Assembly (NCBI RefSeq): GCF_006345805.1
Contig: NC_043010.1
Location: 64,294,001-64,358,000, forward strand
Direction of reading: 5' to 3'
DNA length: 64,000 nucleotides
Source of the DNA: Octopus sinensis
Taxonomy: Eukaryota
Shown here: in pieces, positions 12,705 through 26,317 of the stretch
Layout of the letters: each line of letters begins with the position of its first letter
Position numbering within the stretch: position 1 is the stretch's first letter
The notes under the pieces: model-generated
Told to the model about the DNA's origin: nothing
The model's database searches: none
The model's input: the letters and a program-made list of their open reading frames with translations, nothing else
Program-made: the position numbers and the translations under genes

Positions 12705-15589
12705 ACATTTTGTAGAATATGTTTCAAAGTTAATAATTCCTGGGTGTTTTCTTACAAGAATACTATAGCTGTTGGAATTTATATTCTCACTCAATCTTAA
12801 AGTGTCAAACACGACTATGAAGACATTAAAGATTCATTTTCAGCCGTAGGTTTCATACTTCGAAAAATTTGGGAGATATCAGTATCAGTCGATTAAACCA
12901 ATTCCGGTATTGGTAAATTTTTTTTAATATTATTAATTCTGGAAGGATGAAAAGTGGAGTTAATGTCAGTTAACTTCAGATCCTAATGAAGAGTTAACTT
13001 CAGACGTAAATGGCCAGAGCTAAATACTGCAAGGATTTTGCAATACACTGTAACAATTCTTTCAATTTAGTATCTTTTTTCTACGTCTCATCAAAAGGAA
13101 ACAAAAAGAAATCAACAAATTCATTATAAATCTAAATTTATTTCATGAGGTATCAAAATTTTCATCACGCAGCTGTAAAATGGTTCTTGACATAGATCCA
13201 CTGCAATGCTGAGTTAGTGACCAATTCGCAGTTGTGTGTCAATATGTTTAACATCACGTCAAATTTTATGAGATTTAACGGTTTTGTGTGCTATTGATTA
13301 AATGGCTGTTCGACGAGGTAGTAGATTCAAGTTACTTTCTTGTACAACTAGGAAATATAAACAAATTAAACCAGAGGGATCTATTTGGTACTGACTTCCT
13401 TATTAAGTAAATAGATTTAGTTATGAATGAGAAACGCGATATTGATATTTTTATCAATATATTTCAATGTTTGAATTTATTAAAGATAAACGTACCTATT
13501 TTCTTACAAGAATACTATAGCTGTTGGAATTTATATTCTCACTCAATCTTAAAGTGCAAATACGACTATGAAGACATTAAAGATTCATTTTCAGCCGTAC
13601 ATTTCATACTTCGAAAAATTTGGGAGATATCAGTATCAGTCGATTAAACCAATTTTTCCTTTCATCCTTTTGGCGTCAAGAATATAGAACTAATCCAATA
13701 TTTTTTTTCTTTCTTGAAAAAATCGGCTCTTAGTGGGAGATAGGATACACAAAGTTTAAAATGATGAAGATGTGCATGTATTAAATCTAGTCATATTTAA
13801 TTAAATTTTCAAACAGAATCGAAACAAAAACAGCTACTTAACACATCTTTATGAGATTTATACATACCTTATTTCTTCTTCAATCTATTTTTTTTTACAT
13901 GTAATGCTAGTAAATAAAGGAAGTACTTTATATTAAGTACATTATTTTGTCTTTTCTGCTTTAAAATATTGTATTATTATCGTGGCACATCTAATTACAC
14001 CTCGAGGTACATCATTGTATTGCAACACCCAGTTTGGGTATTATTACAAGAATATTAAAATTTGTAAAATAGAGAAGTTCATATATAGTAAAGAAAAGTA
14101 AATTTGGACATCAGAGAAGGTCAGTTTCTGAAGAAATAAAATACCTCTTTTAATTTCTCTGTCAAATTGGAGATAATGGATTAATCAACAAAGAGTTAAT
14201 GACAGAGATTAGAAGATAGTTTAATCCACCAAGTCTTTGGAAGAAAAGGATCGGATTTCTGAAGTCTGAGTGTCTGACTTGTAGAGCGGACAGTTTATAA
14301 GCAGACATATGCGATTTTGTTGAGTAGTACTTAACAGGGGCAACTATTGGTATAGTAGTTACTCAAAATATATGTTTAGATAAGAGTAAAGATTTTTGAA
14401 ATATTTAAGCCATGAAATATAAGAGAAATTCAGTATAGTTACCACAAAGACCCGAACTCTACCCATTCCTTTTAATCTTAAACTGCACATAACTTCCAAT
14501 AACAGATATGCATCACCTTCATATGTTACTTTCATTCCTCATTCTAAGTGAACCCTAAAAATGTAACCACTCCAAAGCTAGCAAAGAACAAATTGTGTTG
14601 GTACAGCAAAATCTAACCCTTACAATCTCTATAACTCCGTTAGCAAACATTTCCATATACAACGCCTTCACAACTACTGCAATATCAATCTCTCATACTC
14701 CTTCAAATATATCTGTTACACAGCCCAACACTGCCACAACACCAAAGGACCACGAAAGAAATTTTGTAGGATTGATTGATTTGTTAAAAATTGCAGCCAA
14801 ATGCCATTCAAATTGCATTCTCCATCTTAAAAAGATATTTTACACTTAAAACCAACAGCGAATGACGGAATACCTTAGATATCTGATCAAGGCTAACAGT
14901 GGTCGAAGCAACAATAATTTCAACACTATTCTGAAGAGAATATCCGTCTAAGGAAACACACACACACACACACAATCCTGACCTGCAAGAAATAGTAGCC
15001 AAATCTTCCTCAAATCACACACTACCCTCTTATACAAAGAAAGAATACATAAGATAATTTAGCTATTCAGATACTGTATACACTCTCTGAAAATAAGCTG
15101 GGTGGTCATTGTTTTGGGGCCAAACAACTCCAAGAACCACCTTAAATGCTCTCTAGATTTCACATTTGTCCTCGAGGAGTTCATCACTTGAACCGACAAG
15201 CATACAAAAATAGACTGGGCAAAAAAAGAAACACATGTCCCAACTGACATTAATTCATATTCAGGATGTATTAGTGCGAAGGCCCACCAAGTGGTGAAGG
15301 CTTCGTATATCAAGTGTAATAGATCTGTGACTTGCACTTACTCTTTCGATCAACTATTATAGATATGCTCATCGTATCTGATTTTAAACTGAACTCCGCA
15401 ATAACAGAAACAGCATTTGATAAATGGCATCGTAAGGAAATCCTTCACATAATTCTTTCGGTAGCTTTTAACTTGTCTCTTCTAATTCTTAATTCATGTA
15501 GTCAGTAAAGTGTATCTGATATTTTAAACTTTAACAGAGTCTGTTTAACATCAAATCTGGTGGATATTAAAAGAAATTGTTCTTTTCAG

Positions 15590-15724
15590 AGTGTTCTCCT
15601 GGAAAGTATGGTTCTGGCTGTAATGAGGAATGCAACTGTCGAGATAAGGACGTGTGTGACAGAGTCACTGGAATATGCCCACATGGATGTCCACCTGGTT
15701 TCACGTCAGGCACTTGTAAAGAAG
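15590..15724 (+). CDS. EGF-like exon B1 of a multiple-EGF (MEGF10/SCARF-like) gene
   Basis: ttcttttcAG acceptor, GTTAAT donor, 135 nt, phase 1-1. Encodes CSPGKYGSGCNEECNCRDKDVCDRVTGICPHGCPPGFTSGTCKE (8 Cys, C-x2-G-x-YG-x2-C-x3-C-x-C pattern). Confidence 0.9.
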
Positions 15725-16362
15725 GTTAATAACGTTTGCTTTCTGTTGTCATTGTGTATTGCAATTGTTGTTCTTTTCAGTTATGTATTCTGAGATGCTA
15801 ATACAAGATATAGCAAAGATTACCAACAAGGGTGACAGTACTGTGTGTGACATGGAACAGTGTACTAACAATGTACTTGCTTTTTCAGCAAAATATAAAA
15901 ACAAGGGAGACAACAAGATATACAAACTAGAGAAACAACAGCCTAAGCTAAAAACATAACAAAGTATACTAACAAGGGGTACAGCTAGGGGTACATCACA
16001 GGGAACGACAACTTGTGATGACAAGGGAAGTAATAACATGTATTGTCAACGTTGACTGCATAGTATACTAACATGGGCGAAGAACGTGTGCTAACAGGGA
16101 AGATAACAAAGTATGCAAGGGTGGCACAGCGTCTACTTAGGAGGGAGATGGCAGAAGATTGTGTGCCTGAAGACATCTAACTAATTGCTTGAAATAGTCG
16201 TCTGCGCTATTTATCTTGATATGAGATCACCATGTTGCGCACATATAGTTGTGATGCATGTGCCTGGTGTACCCTTATCAGACGGGTAGTCATGATGTGT
16301 ATACTGGGCTTCGTATATTTTACCCCAGTGTCACTTTGATGGCATGCACTGCTCTCTCACTC

Positions 16363-16393
<31 letters not shown>

Positions 16394-16397
<4 letters not shown>

Positions 16398-17728
16398 AAA
16401 TTGGCAGGAAAATCCACAAGCTTCTGACTTGTAATAAGATGCACCATCCAAAGGCAGACGTGGATCCCCTTTACCTTCCCAGAGCTCAGGGATGTCGAGG
16501 TTTGATCCAGCTTGAACTTACATACAAAACCACCACAATCGGATTGGCCAAATACCTTGAAGCAACCAACGATTGGATGCTAAAACTTGTAAAAAACATG
16601 AAAGGCCTAAAAAACTTCACTCTATTCTCAAAGAGAGCAAAAAATTCGCTGCTGATCTCTTAGATACCCACCAGATTGAGCAGGCTGAAGGAAATGCACC
16701 AACTACAGCTGTAATTAAATAAAATTAATTGCAAAGACAAAAGCACATGAAAATTTAGCTAGCAGATAGGAACAGAAACCTTTCCATGGCAAGTATGTGG
16801 CCCGTAGCAAACAAGCTGATGTCCACCAGAAACACACGCACCAATGGTTATGAAGTACAGGGCTAAAAGCAGAGAATGAAGGTTTCATATTAGCTGCTGA
16901 AGACCAAAGCTTTTTTACCCGGAACTACCAAGCCAAAGTGATGAAAAATGGAGCTGAGATAAAATGCCAATTCTGTAACGATGAGATTGAAACAATAGAC
17001 CACCTAATCTCCGGGTGTAGAGTCATAGCACCTGCAGAATATAAAGCAAGACATGACAGAGTAGGCCAGTATTTACACTGGACAATATGTCAGCATTACA
17101 AAATCAAAACCGCTGACAAATGGTATAAACATCATCCTGAAGCTGTGACTGAGGGAGAAAATGTGTCGATTCTATGGGACTTTCCCGTGCAGACCGACAG
17201 GACTATAAAAGCTAATAAACCGGATATCATTATAAAAGATCAGACAAAAAGGATGTGTTTATTAATAGATATGAGTATTCCCTGTGATCACAATATAGCG
17301 GCGAAAGAATCTGAGAAGATTAGTAAATATAAAGACCTGCTAAAGGAAATTGAAAAAATGTGGCATCTCAAGACGACTACAGTACCAGTGATTGTAGGAT
17401 CTCTAGGAATGATAAAAAAAGGTACTGAAACCTATTTGAAAATGATTCCAGGTTTACCATCCCTACAGGAAGTGCAAAAAATTGTATTAACTGGAATGGC
17501 TTATCTACTGAGAAGAGCACTATCGTTGTGAAAATAACATCCATCCATGAATTTATTTATTTATTAATTTTTAAATACATATTTTATCTGTGAATTTGCG
17601 CATGTAATCTTGGAATGCATACAATGCCCTTCTCTGCTCTAGGTGTATGGAAAATACTCGGCGAGAAACGATAGAAAATTTGAAGAAAGAAGGAAAAAAA
17701 CATAATAATAATAATAATAATAATAATA
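16394..17728 (+). mobile_element. 5'-truncated R4/Dong-clade element with REL endonuclease ORF (16938-17531)
   Basis: CQFCNDEIETIDHLISGC zinc knuckle, RHD, KPDI..D and EKISKY motifs of restriction-like endonuclease. 3' UTR then (TAA)n tail. Confidence 0.9.
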
Positions 17729-19756
17729 GGAAGCGATTGGAAACTTCCCATGTCCTGATTGATGGTACATCTAGTGATGGGGTCACAATAAAAACACTGG
17801 TAATTGTGCAATCTGATAATCGCTATCTCATATGAGTGACGATGAAAAATATTGTGAATAACGGTAGTAATGAAACTGAAATCTATGATTGTGACAGCGT
17901 TGCACCTGTCAGGCTCAGAGCTACAGGTCCGACTCCAGCCTGTCGTTATCCAGCAAGGGATCCGACCACACAGATTAGATGGAACTAACAAATCAATGCT
18001 GTGGTTATGGAATGTTACTACCTGAGCAACCCTGTAGACGAAAATGGTGTTCATATATTTGGGGACCCCGACAACTTATCTATGATCAAGGAAGAGAGAG
18101 AGGATAGTTTCAATACACGGAACAGAGATTATGTGATCAAGATAGAGAAATAAGAAAAAAATCGTTGGTTCACGGAAGTATAGCTCGAAGCTATCAAAAG
18201 ACGGGTATTGGGAAACAGCAGTAGAGGAAACGATGAAAATGCAGTTCTTACTGATAAAAGAAATCTCATAGTAGAAAGCAGAGGTGAGATCTCTAATAAA
18301 CCACAGGAAAGGAACAGTGATAACTTGCTCGATGAGAGACATGAAATTCTGAAATACACGAGAACAAAAAAACATTACAGAAACAAAAAATTTGATCAAG
18401 GCAGCAAGTATTGCTGTAGCAGAAAATGTAGATGATGATGTCAAGAAAAAGATATATAATGGGAGTGACAAAAGAAAAAAATCCATGGTAGAAAAGAAGA
18501 ATACAGGTGGGGTTAAATATGCTCCCGAAAGACATTACTGGTGAAACCGAAAAGAGAAGAGGTTACTTAAAAACGAATAAAAATACATGACACCGAACAG
18601 GAAGTATGATACTGAAAGAAAGGGCCTAAAAGTGGTAATAGAAGAACTGAAACAGCACTTCGTTGCAAAGAAAGCAAAGATGGTAAGATATGACCAAAGA
18701 ATGAAGGGTTACCACCAGCATGGGTTATTCAGAGTAGATCAGAAGAGATTCCATAAAGGAATAAATGGAGAATGTACAGATGAAAAGTTGATACCAGATA
18801 ACAATGAAAGTCAAAGATGTTCGAGTGACATCTGGAGCAAAGATAAGAAGCACGAAAAGGATGCTGAATGGTTATGGTTGCAAGAACTGAAACAAACAGT
18901 AGTCTGTCCAAAACAGACAGGACTAGTCATTTCAGTACGGAAAGTGAAGGAAATAAGCAAAAAAAAAACAAAACAAAGAGCAACTGGAAGGGCCCGGGAT
19001 CAGATGGAGTTCAAGGCTACTGGATCAAATGATTGGTGAATGTTATGCACGAATAGCTGCACAAATCAACACCTTGTAAATGCCGACCAAGTAACACCAG
19101 AGTGGTTGACATTGGGTAGGACAGTGCTGTGCTTGAAAAACAACGAAAAAGACAATACGGTACACAGCTACTGGCCGATATCCTGTTTGCCACTTACGTG
19201 GAAACTATTAACTGGAATACTCGCAGAGTCAATGTACGAACATCTGGAAAAAAATTTGGAGTTCTGCCACATGAGCAGAAGGGTTGCTAGCGTAAGTGCA
19301 GAGGTACCAAGGATCAACTCCTGATAGACAAAACTGTTTTTAGAGACTGTAAGAGGAGGAAAAGTAACTTAGCCATGTCATGGATCGACTATCGTAAGGC
19401 GTACGATATGATCCTACATTCTTGGATTATGGAATGTATGAACCTATTTGGTATTGCATCGAATGTTGAGCGATTGCTTGGAAAAAGTATGGTGAATTGG
19501 AGGACGGACCTGGCAGCATACGAAAGAAGTTTAGGGAAAGTAGAAATCAGAAAAGCATCCTCCAAGAGGACTGCCTGTCTCCATTGATCTTTGTACTGTG
19601 CTTGATACCACTAACACTGATTCTCAGGAAAGCAAAAGCTGGGTATGTATTCAAAAGCCAGCAACAAATAGTCAACCACTTGTTATTCATGGATGACCTC
19701 AAACTTTATGGTAAAGATGAAGCCCAAGTCAGTTCCCTCGTTGATACGATGTACTA
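17729..19756 (+). mobile_element. Decayed R4/Dong-clade element (N-terminal region + RT)
   Basis: TEQRLCDQDREIRK..EV*LEAIKRR N-terminal motif. [23 protein letters not shown] and LLFMDDLKLY RT motifs across frameshifts. Confidence 0.85.
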
Positions 19757-20222
19757 GCAAGTTGAGCGATTGCTGAGAGATTTGGCTTTCTTATTTATTT
19801 GTATATCATTGCTTTTGTTGTTGCTGATGATGTTATTTGCATTTGGGTAAACTCAGATCAAGAAGGCAGTCCCATGTTATTCAACCACTACTACTGCTGT
19901 TGTTTATATTCTGATGAATCCTGACTGATTAGAAAGATCTACGGTTATAGATATTCCACCCGTGGCCATCTTAAGAGATATTTAGGTCTACATTGTTGAA
20001 TGTTTCTTGTTTGTAGTCTAACAGGGTATTGTTTGAGGAAGATTTGGTCGCTGTTACTAGCAGATCAATCGAAAATATTGAGGCGCCGTAGTTGGTTAAA
20101 TGATTTCCTATTATGGTTGTCTTGGTCATCAGTCATTCATTGATTTTTTGCCATCTTTTTATTTATGAAACGAGTTCTTTACCGTTTTATGCAATATAAG
20201 GTATAATACGTTTGTTTTACAG

Positions 20223-20357
20223 TCTGCGATAAAGGCACTTATGGACTACATTGCAACAAAACATGTAATTGTATTGATGATGACAACTGCAACCCGATTC
20301 ATGGTGCATGTCCTAGAGGCTGTGCAACTGGATACACGGGTTCCGACTGTCAGGAAC
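20223..20357 (+). CDS. EGF-like exon A2
   Basis: ttttacAG acceptor, GTAAGT donor, 135 nt, phase 1-1. CDKGTYGLHCNKTCNCIDDDNCNPIHGACPRGCATGYTGSDCQE. Confidence 0.92.
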
Positions 20358-20936
20358 GTAAGTATACGTCTATACTAATAATCAAACTATTTCCCCACAA
20401 CTCACACACATGATTGTTCTTAACTTTAATTAAGTGGGATACAAGTGCATAAACTCATTAAAAATTTTTTTCTATTTGATATTGAGATGTCTTACTTAAA
20501 ATTTTGATTGTTATAATCTTACTTTAACAATGTCCATCTCACCTATATACATGTATTGTATATAGGTATTGTATATATACATGTATTGTATATACATGTA
20601 TTGATTAATTCAAGTTGTCATACTCTCTACAAGAGCATAAGTATATAAATACTTATTTTGCTAAGTATTGAGTTATGTTGAAGTAGCTGGCATTCAATTG
20701 GCGTATCAAGTTTCAGGCATTTTGATTGGGTTTTGGAAAGAAAATTCACAAAAAAGTCACTTCTATTGATTTTTTAATGGCTTTACAGGGTGACTGGGGA
20801 AATGTAAAGATGTGCTCGACCACCCTTGGATGGTTTTGAATGACCATAGAAAGTGCGAGCCCTCTAACTGAAAAATTGTGGATACGTATAAAGGACACAC
20901 ATGCAGACATTTTGCCGTTTATATATATAGAGCTTA

Positions 20937-22408
20937 CTAGCAGTATCGCCCGGCGTTGCTCGGGTTTGTAAGGGAAATAACTATATAAGCATTTTTAGAG
21001 AGTTATAGCCGAAAAATAGCAAAAAAATGCATTAAAAATGGAAAAAAAATTAAGCTAAATTCCTTTTTAAATCTTTGACACATCGTAGATATTTTTAGAG
21101 AGTTACTTCCCTTATATAATAGTGAAAAAAATGCATTAAAATGGAAAAATATGATGGTAAATTTTTTTTAAATCGTAGACTCATCGTAGACGCGTGCTAA
21201 TACCCAGAAGGGCTCGATATGACTCACGACTTTAAGATACCCGCTTTTGGTGAAACTGCACCGCAAAATGTGGGAGTAGTTACGAATCTAAATTGTAAGA
21301 GACAGACACACAACTTCAGTTTTATATATAAAGATATAAGCCACGTAGTTATATACACATACTTTGTTATATACACATTCTTAAAAGAAAATGTTATTTT
21401 GAACACAACATTTATAAAGAATAAAATATTTTTTGGTTTTTCTTAACCCTTTCGTTACTATATTTCTGACCAAAATACACCCCTTATGTGTTTCAATTAT
21501 TTTCTAACGTAATCATAAATTTAGTCTGGTTTCATTAAACAACTATAACTTTTTTATTTATCAATATATTAACATGAATTTTGGAAGATAATTTAATGAA
21601 ATGTTCTCAACCAATTCTATACTATAATTTTTGTCACAAAGGTAGATACAGGTAAATTCAACAATATATAAAATTATTAAAATTTTGTTCAAACATCGTT
21701 ATAGAAAATGGGTTATTAGCTAATATTCAATTGGGTATACAACAAAATTTTACAATAGAATTTGTTATTCTGGGTAACTTTCTGATACCCATAATAATAT
21801 TTATGGCAAAATAGGCCTTAATTTCATTTAAGGTTGTGGGAAATAACAAACTATCCTTTCTTTCGCTTTGTTTACGTTTAGCGTAACAGTTCGTTTCCGC
21901 CGTAATGATTTCAAATAGGCTCATTCGAAAAAGTAAAAGAAAATAGTCTAAGGCTTTACTCTTCAGGGAAAGTCTGTGGCTTGGTCCAGTTTCTTCAGAA
22001 AAATCACCGAAAGAAACAGTTTTTAAATTTTCACTCCATTCAGGTGCCAATTCATTTTCTTTATCGCTGTCGGATTCACTGTTTTCACTTTAATCGTTGC
22101 ACACTTGCAAAGAGAAAGGAGTAATTAGGGTGATAGATTCAGTGAAACAGTTCACTCCGTTTGTGTGTGTGTGCGTGTGCGTGTGCTGTAGCCCACACTA
22201 AGAAAAGCATTTGACATACACACCACAATGTGAGTTTTCTCTAAATTTTGCTTAATTGGGGTTGAAATTTTAAAAAGTGGACCTGGCACGACCCGATGCA
22301 TTCTACTCTTAAAAATGCTAGGTAAATTGTAATTGAAGAAATCCTATATTGTAGATTTCTATAAGAGACAAAGGGAGGCAGATAAAATCTGCCTTTTATA
22401 ATAAGAGA
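20937..22408 (-). mobile_element. Non-autonomous Helitron, copy 1
   Basis: On the minus strand it starts TCTCTTATTATAAAAGGCAGAT and ends with the CCCGAGCAACGCCGGG hairpin + CGATACTG + CTAG. No TSD. Confidence 0.85.
21727..22100 (-). pseudogene. piggyBac-type transposase N-terminal fragment inside the Helitron (also 23213-23536, 45196-45519)
   Basis: Acidic SENSESDSDKE leader, then F..ETGP..LDYFLLLF..FEIITAETNCYA..PTTLNEIKAYFAINIIMGIRKLP, matching the conserved N-terminal block of piggyBac (DDE_Tnp_1_7) transposases. No catalytic region. Confidence 0.7.
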
Positions 22409-23893
22409 CTAGCAGTATCGCCCGGCGTTGCTCGGGTTTGTAAGGGAAATAACTATATATGCATTTTTAGAGAGTTATAGCCAAAAAATAGGAAAAAAAT
22501 GCATTAAAAATGGAAAAAAAATTAAGGTAAATTCCTTTTTAAATCGTTGACACATCGTAGATATTTTTATAGAGTTACTTCCCTTATATAATAGCGAAAA
22601 AAATGCATTAAAATGGAAAAATATGATGGTAAATTTTTTAAAATCGTAGACTCATCGTAGACGCGCGCTAATACCCAGAAGGGCTTGATATGACTCACGA
22701 CTATAAGATACCCGCTTTTGGTTACACTGCACCGCAAAATGTGGGAGTAGTTACGAATCTAAATTGTAGGAGACAGACACACAACATCACTTTTATATAT
22801 AAAGATATAAGTCACGTAGTTATATACACATACTTTGTTATATACACATTCTTAAAAGAAAATGTTATTTTGAATACAACATTTATAAAGAATAAAATAT
22901 TTTTTGGTTTTTCTTAACCCTTTCGTTACTATATTTCTGACCAAATTACACCCCTTATGTGTTTCAATTAATTTCTAACGTAATCATAAATTTAGTCTGG
23001 TTTCATTAAACAACTATAACTTTTTTATTTATGAATATATTAATCTGATTTTTGGAAGATAATTTAGTGAAATGTTCTCGACTAATTCTATACTATAATT
23101 TTTGTCACAAAGTGACTCTAATTGCAGGTAGATACAGGTAAATTCAACAATATATAAAATTATTAAAATTTTGTTCAAACATCGCTATAGAAAATGGGTT
23201 ATTAGCTAATATTCAATTGGGTATACAACAAAATTTTACGATAGAATTTGTTATTCTGGGTAACTTTCTGATACCCATAATAATATTTATGGCAAAATAG
23301 GCCGTAATTTCATTTAAGGTTGTGGGAAATAACAAACTATCCTTTCTTTCGTTTTGTTTACGTTTAGCGTAACGTTTCGTTTCCACCGTAATGATTTCAA
23401 ATGGGCTCATTCGAAAAAGTAAATAGAAATAGTTTAAGGCTTTACTCTTCTGGGAAAGTCTGTGGCTTGGTGCACTTTCTTCAGAAAAATCACCGAAAGA
23501 AACAGTTTTTAAATTTTCACTCCATTCAGGTACCAATTCATTTTCTTAATCGCTGTTGGATTCACTGTTTTCACTTTAATAGCTGCCAACTTGCAAAGAC
23601 AAAGGAGGAGAAGGGTGATAGCATCAGTGAAACAGTTCGCTCCGTTTGTGTGTGTGTGCGTTTGCGTGTGGTGTAAGCCACACTAAGAAAAACATTTGAC
23701 ATACACACCACAATGTGAGTTTTCTCTAAATTTTGCTTAATTGGGGTTGAAATTTTAAAAAGTGGACCTGGCACGACCCGATGCATTCTACTCTTAAAAA
23801 TGCTAGGTAAATTGTAATTGAAGAAATCCTATATTGTAGATTTCTATAAGAGACAAAGGGAGGCAGATAAAATCTGCCTTTTATAATAAGAGA
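22409..23893 (-). mobile_element. Non-autonomous Helitron, copy 2 (head-to-tail with copy 1)
   Basis: Same termini. Plus-strand junction ataagaga|ctagcagt at 22408/22409. Confidence 0.85.
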
Positions 23894-24242
23894 TTAAGGA
23901 AAACTGAGGGAAGTAAATGTGAACAACAGACATGTTTAACATCCTAGAATTTGTGGAAGTAAAACCCACACAGGTAAAGTTACCTCTCCGTATCTAATGC
24001 CCTCAGTACATAAATATCTTAATGATGATAAAGATGATCATGTTGTTGTTGTTGTTGTTGTTCTGGTTCTTCTTCTACTTCTCCTCCTCCTCCTTCTTCT
24101 TCTTCTTGTTTACGTTCAAATTACTCCCAAGTCGACTTTGCCTTTTATCCTTTCAGGGTCGATAAAGTAAGTAGTCGTTGAGTACTGAGGTCGATGAAAT
24201 CAACTCATCACCTACCTCAAACTTGCTGCCCTTGTTGCAAAA

Positions 24243-24384
<142 letters not shown>

Positions 24385-26317
24385 GCCGAGTAATACTAAG
24401 TAAAATTAAGTTCAAATTCTGAAAGTTTTGCCATTTCATCATTTCCATGTGGTATCAGTATCAGTTGATATTTACTCCCTTCCCCGATCTTGCTGGCCTT
24501 GTGCCTAAATTTGAAATAATCATTATCATTATAGCAAATGCATATATCGCCTCGGTGGTGTACTATCACCTAACTGTCGTACCTGTCCTAAGACAACCTA
24601 GACCAGATTGGAGCGCTTACTTTTTTGATTGTTATGGTCAGAAAAACCAATTGATGCCGGCATTCCCACTGTGGTGGTCTTGGGATGACATCTTTGAGGA
24701 TGAGGTGCCAAGTCTTAAAGCTGTATCACCTATAGAGATATGTAAATCACAGTGATGATGTGAACAACAGCAGAGAAAATAAGAACGAGCTTTTCTGCAG
24801 CATTTCTTGTTGACAGAACTCTAGTTGTGGATCAAACGAAGACCAAAGTTGAGTATTTGGCATCTAGAATATTGCCAGGAACTCATTGAATTGCATTAGC
24901 TGCACAAAACTGTTAACGGGAAAACACATCAAGATTTCTCGGGCGTTGGGCTAGTTGAGGGTGTGAGCGATGATGGTTTAGGATTGAATCTAGGCCTTGA
25001 CAGAAGATCTTCGGGTCGAAGATCATGGACAATTTCTAAAAGTCTTTGGTATAGCAGTACTACAGTGAGACATTGCCTGTTAGAGAATAACTCTTCAGGC
25101 ATGGAAGATCCAACAGCCGAGCCTGCTTCAGATGCATGCAGGGCGACGAAACCATCTTGCATGCAATAATTCAGTGTCCGTACATTGGAGAAAGAAATAA
25201 TATCCGACATTCAGCACATCTCGAGAGCCAAGTAATTTGTGGGTATTTGATTGCTCTTCAAGATTGAAGTTCTGGCTGTCAAATACTCTGTGGCTCCTTG
25301 TTGGAGCGAAAGACATCTTCTCTATCCATCGTATTAGGAAGGAGGACTGTGAGAGTGAAGATCTCAAGAATTCCACCTGAGTTAAATTTATGGTGGATTT
25401 TAGCATGCATCGTAGTGGGAGGGAATAACAGCCGGCTGGAGGTGAAGCGAACCCGTCGTGGAAATTGGTCTGGGATCAGTGTGAAGGTATAACTCTACAT
25501 TAAACCAGACACAATCCACAAGATCCCAGATCTCTTTGGTATTCTTGGAATAAGAAGTGCTGCATCTTACAGTTGATGTTAGAAGGCCATGGCACCATCT
25601 ACGTGGAGGTTGGGGGGTTGGCCACTTGAAAGCTTTCTCTTCTAAACAGAAGATAGGGAACAATAGGGCCTACTTATTGTCAATACCAGGTCCCCACAAG
25701 CCACAAGTCAGCTATCAGTGAACAACAATAAAGGCTGCAACAACTCTGGAAACAACAGCATCATCAACAAGAACAACAATAAAGGCTGCAACAACTCTGG
25801 AAACAACAGCATCATCAACAAGAACAACAAAGTCTGCAAATGCTGGAAGAAACCAAGGAATACAACAACATCAACAATACCAATAACGTGAGTAACAGAT
25901 GCACCACCACCACCACCCTCAGCAGAAAGAATAATTATAACGTACACCCGACACTCAGGGTGTCCCTTTCAACGAAGCCTGGCCTCTCCTGTCCCCACTC
26001 CATCTCCTTTAAGGTCAAATACATACAGACTTGCACCCGGATTCTACAGATACTGATACCTCTGCAACACAAAGTGAAAACGAGGGAGAAACCCCACCTG
26101 AAAAAGAAACATAAAAAGCATAAAGTATCATTCCCTTCGCCAACGCATGGCAAAATCCTCGAAAATATGCTCACAACATCCACAAACACACCTACAGCAA
26201 CGCCAACCTCTCTTGTACTACGATTACCAACACATCCACTGCTATTACAACCATCTCCACCAATACTAGCACCACTGCATCAATTCACAAAAAGAAAACA
26301 CCCCAAGCAATAACAAC

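Larger units (their letters stand above)
4519..20222 (+). repeat. Tandem segmental unit 1 (15.7 kb; exons A,B; lacks exon C)
   Basis: Colinear with units 2 and 3 over SINEs, Tx1 fragments and exon B. About 5.07 kb, including exon C, is missing at 16204. Confidence 0.92.

Noticed and set aside
12413-12800. Poly-S/L/Y/I/N ORFs (also 5625-5847, 24194-24448, 29882-30256)
   Set aside because: Translations of trinucleotide microsatellites.
14595-15337. ORFs MLVQQNLTL... and MQVTDLLHL... conserved in three units
   Set aside because: Conservation just mirrors the recent duplication. Faint resemblance to an old RTE LINE 3' end (CHSNCILHL, TCPN) is too weak to call without a search.
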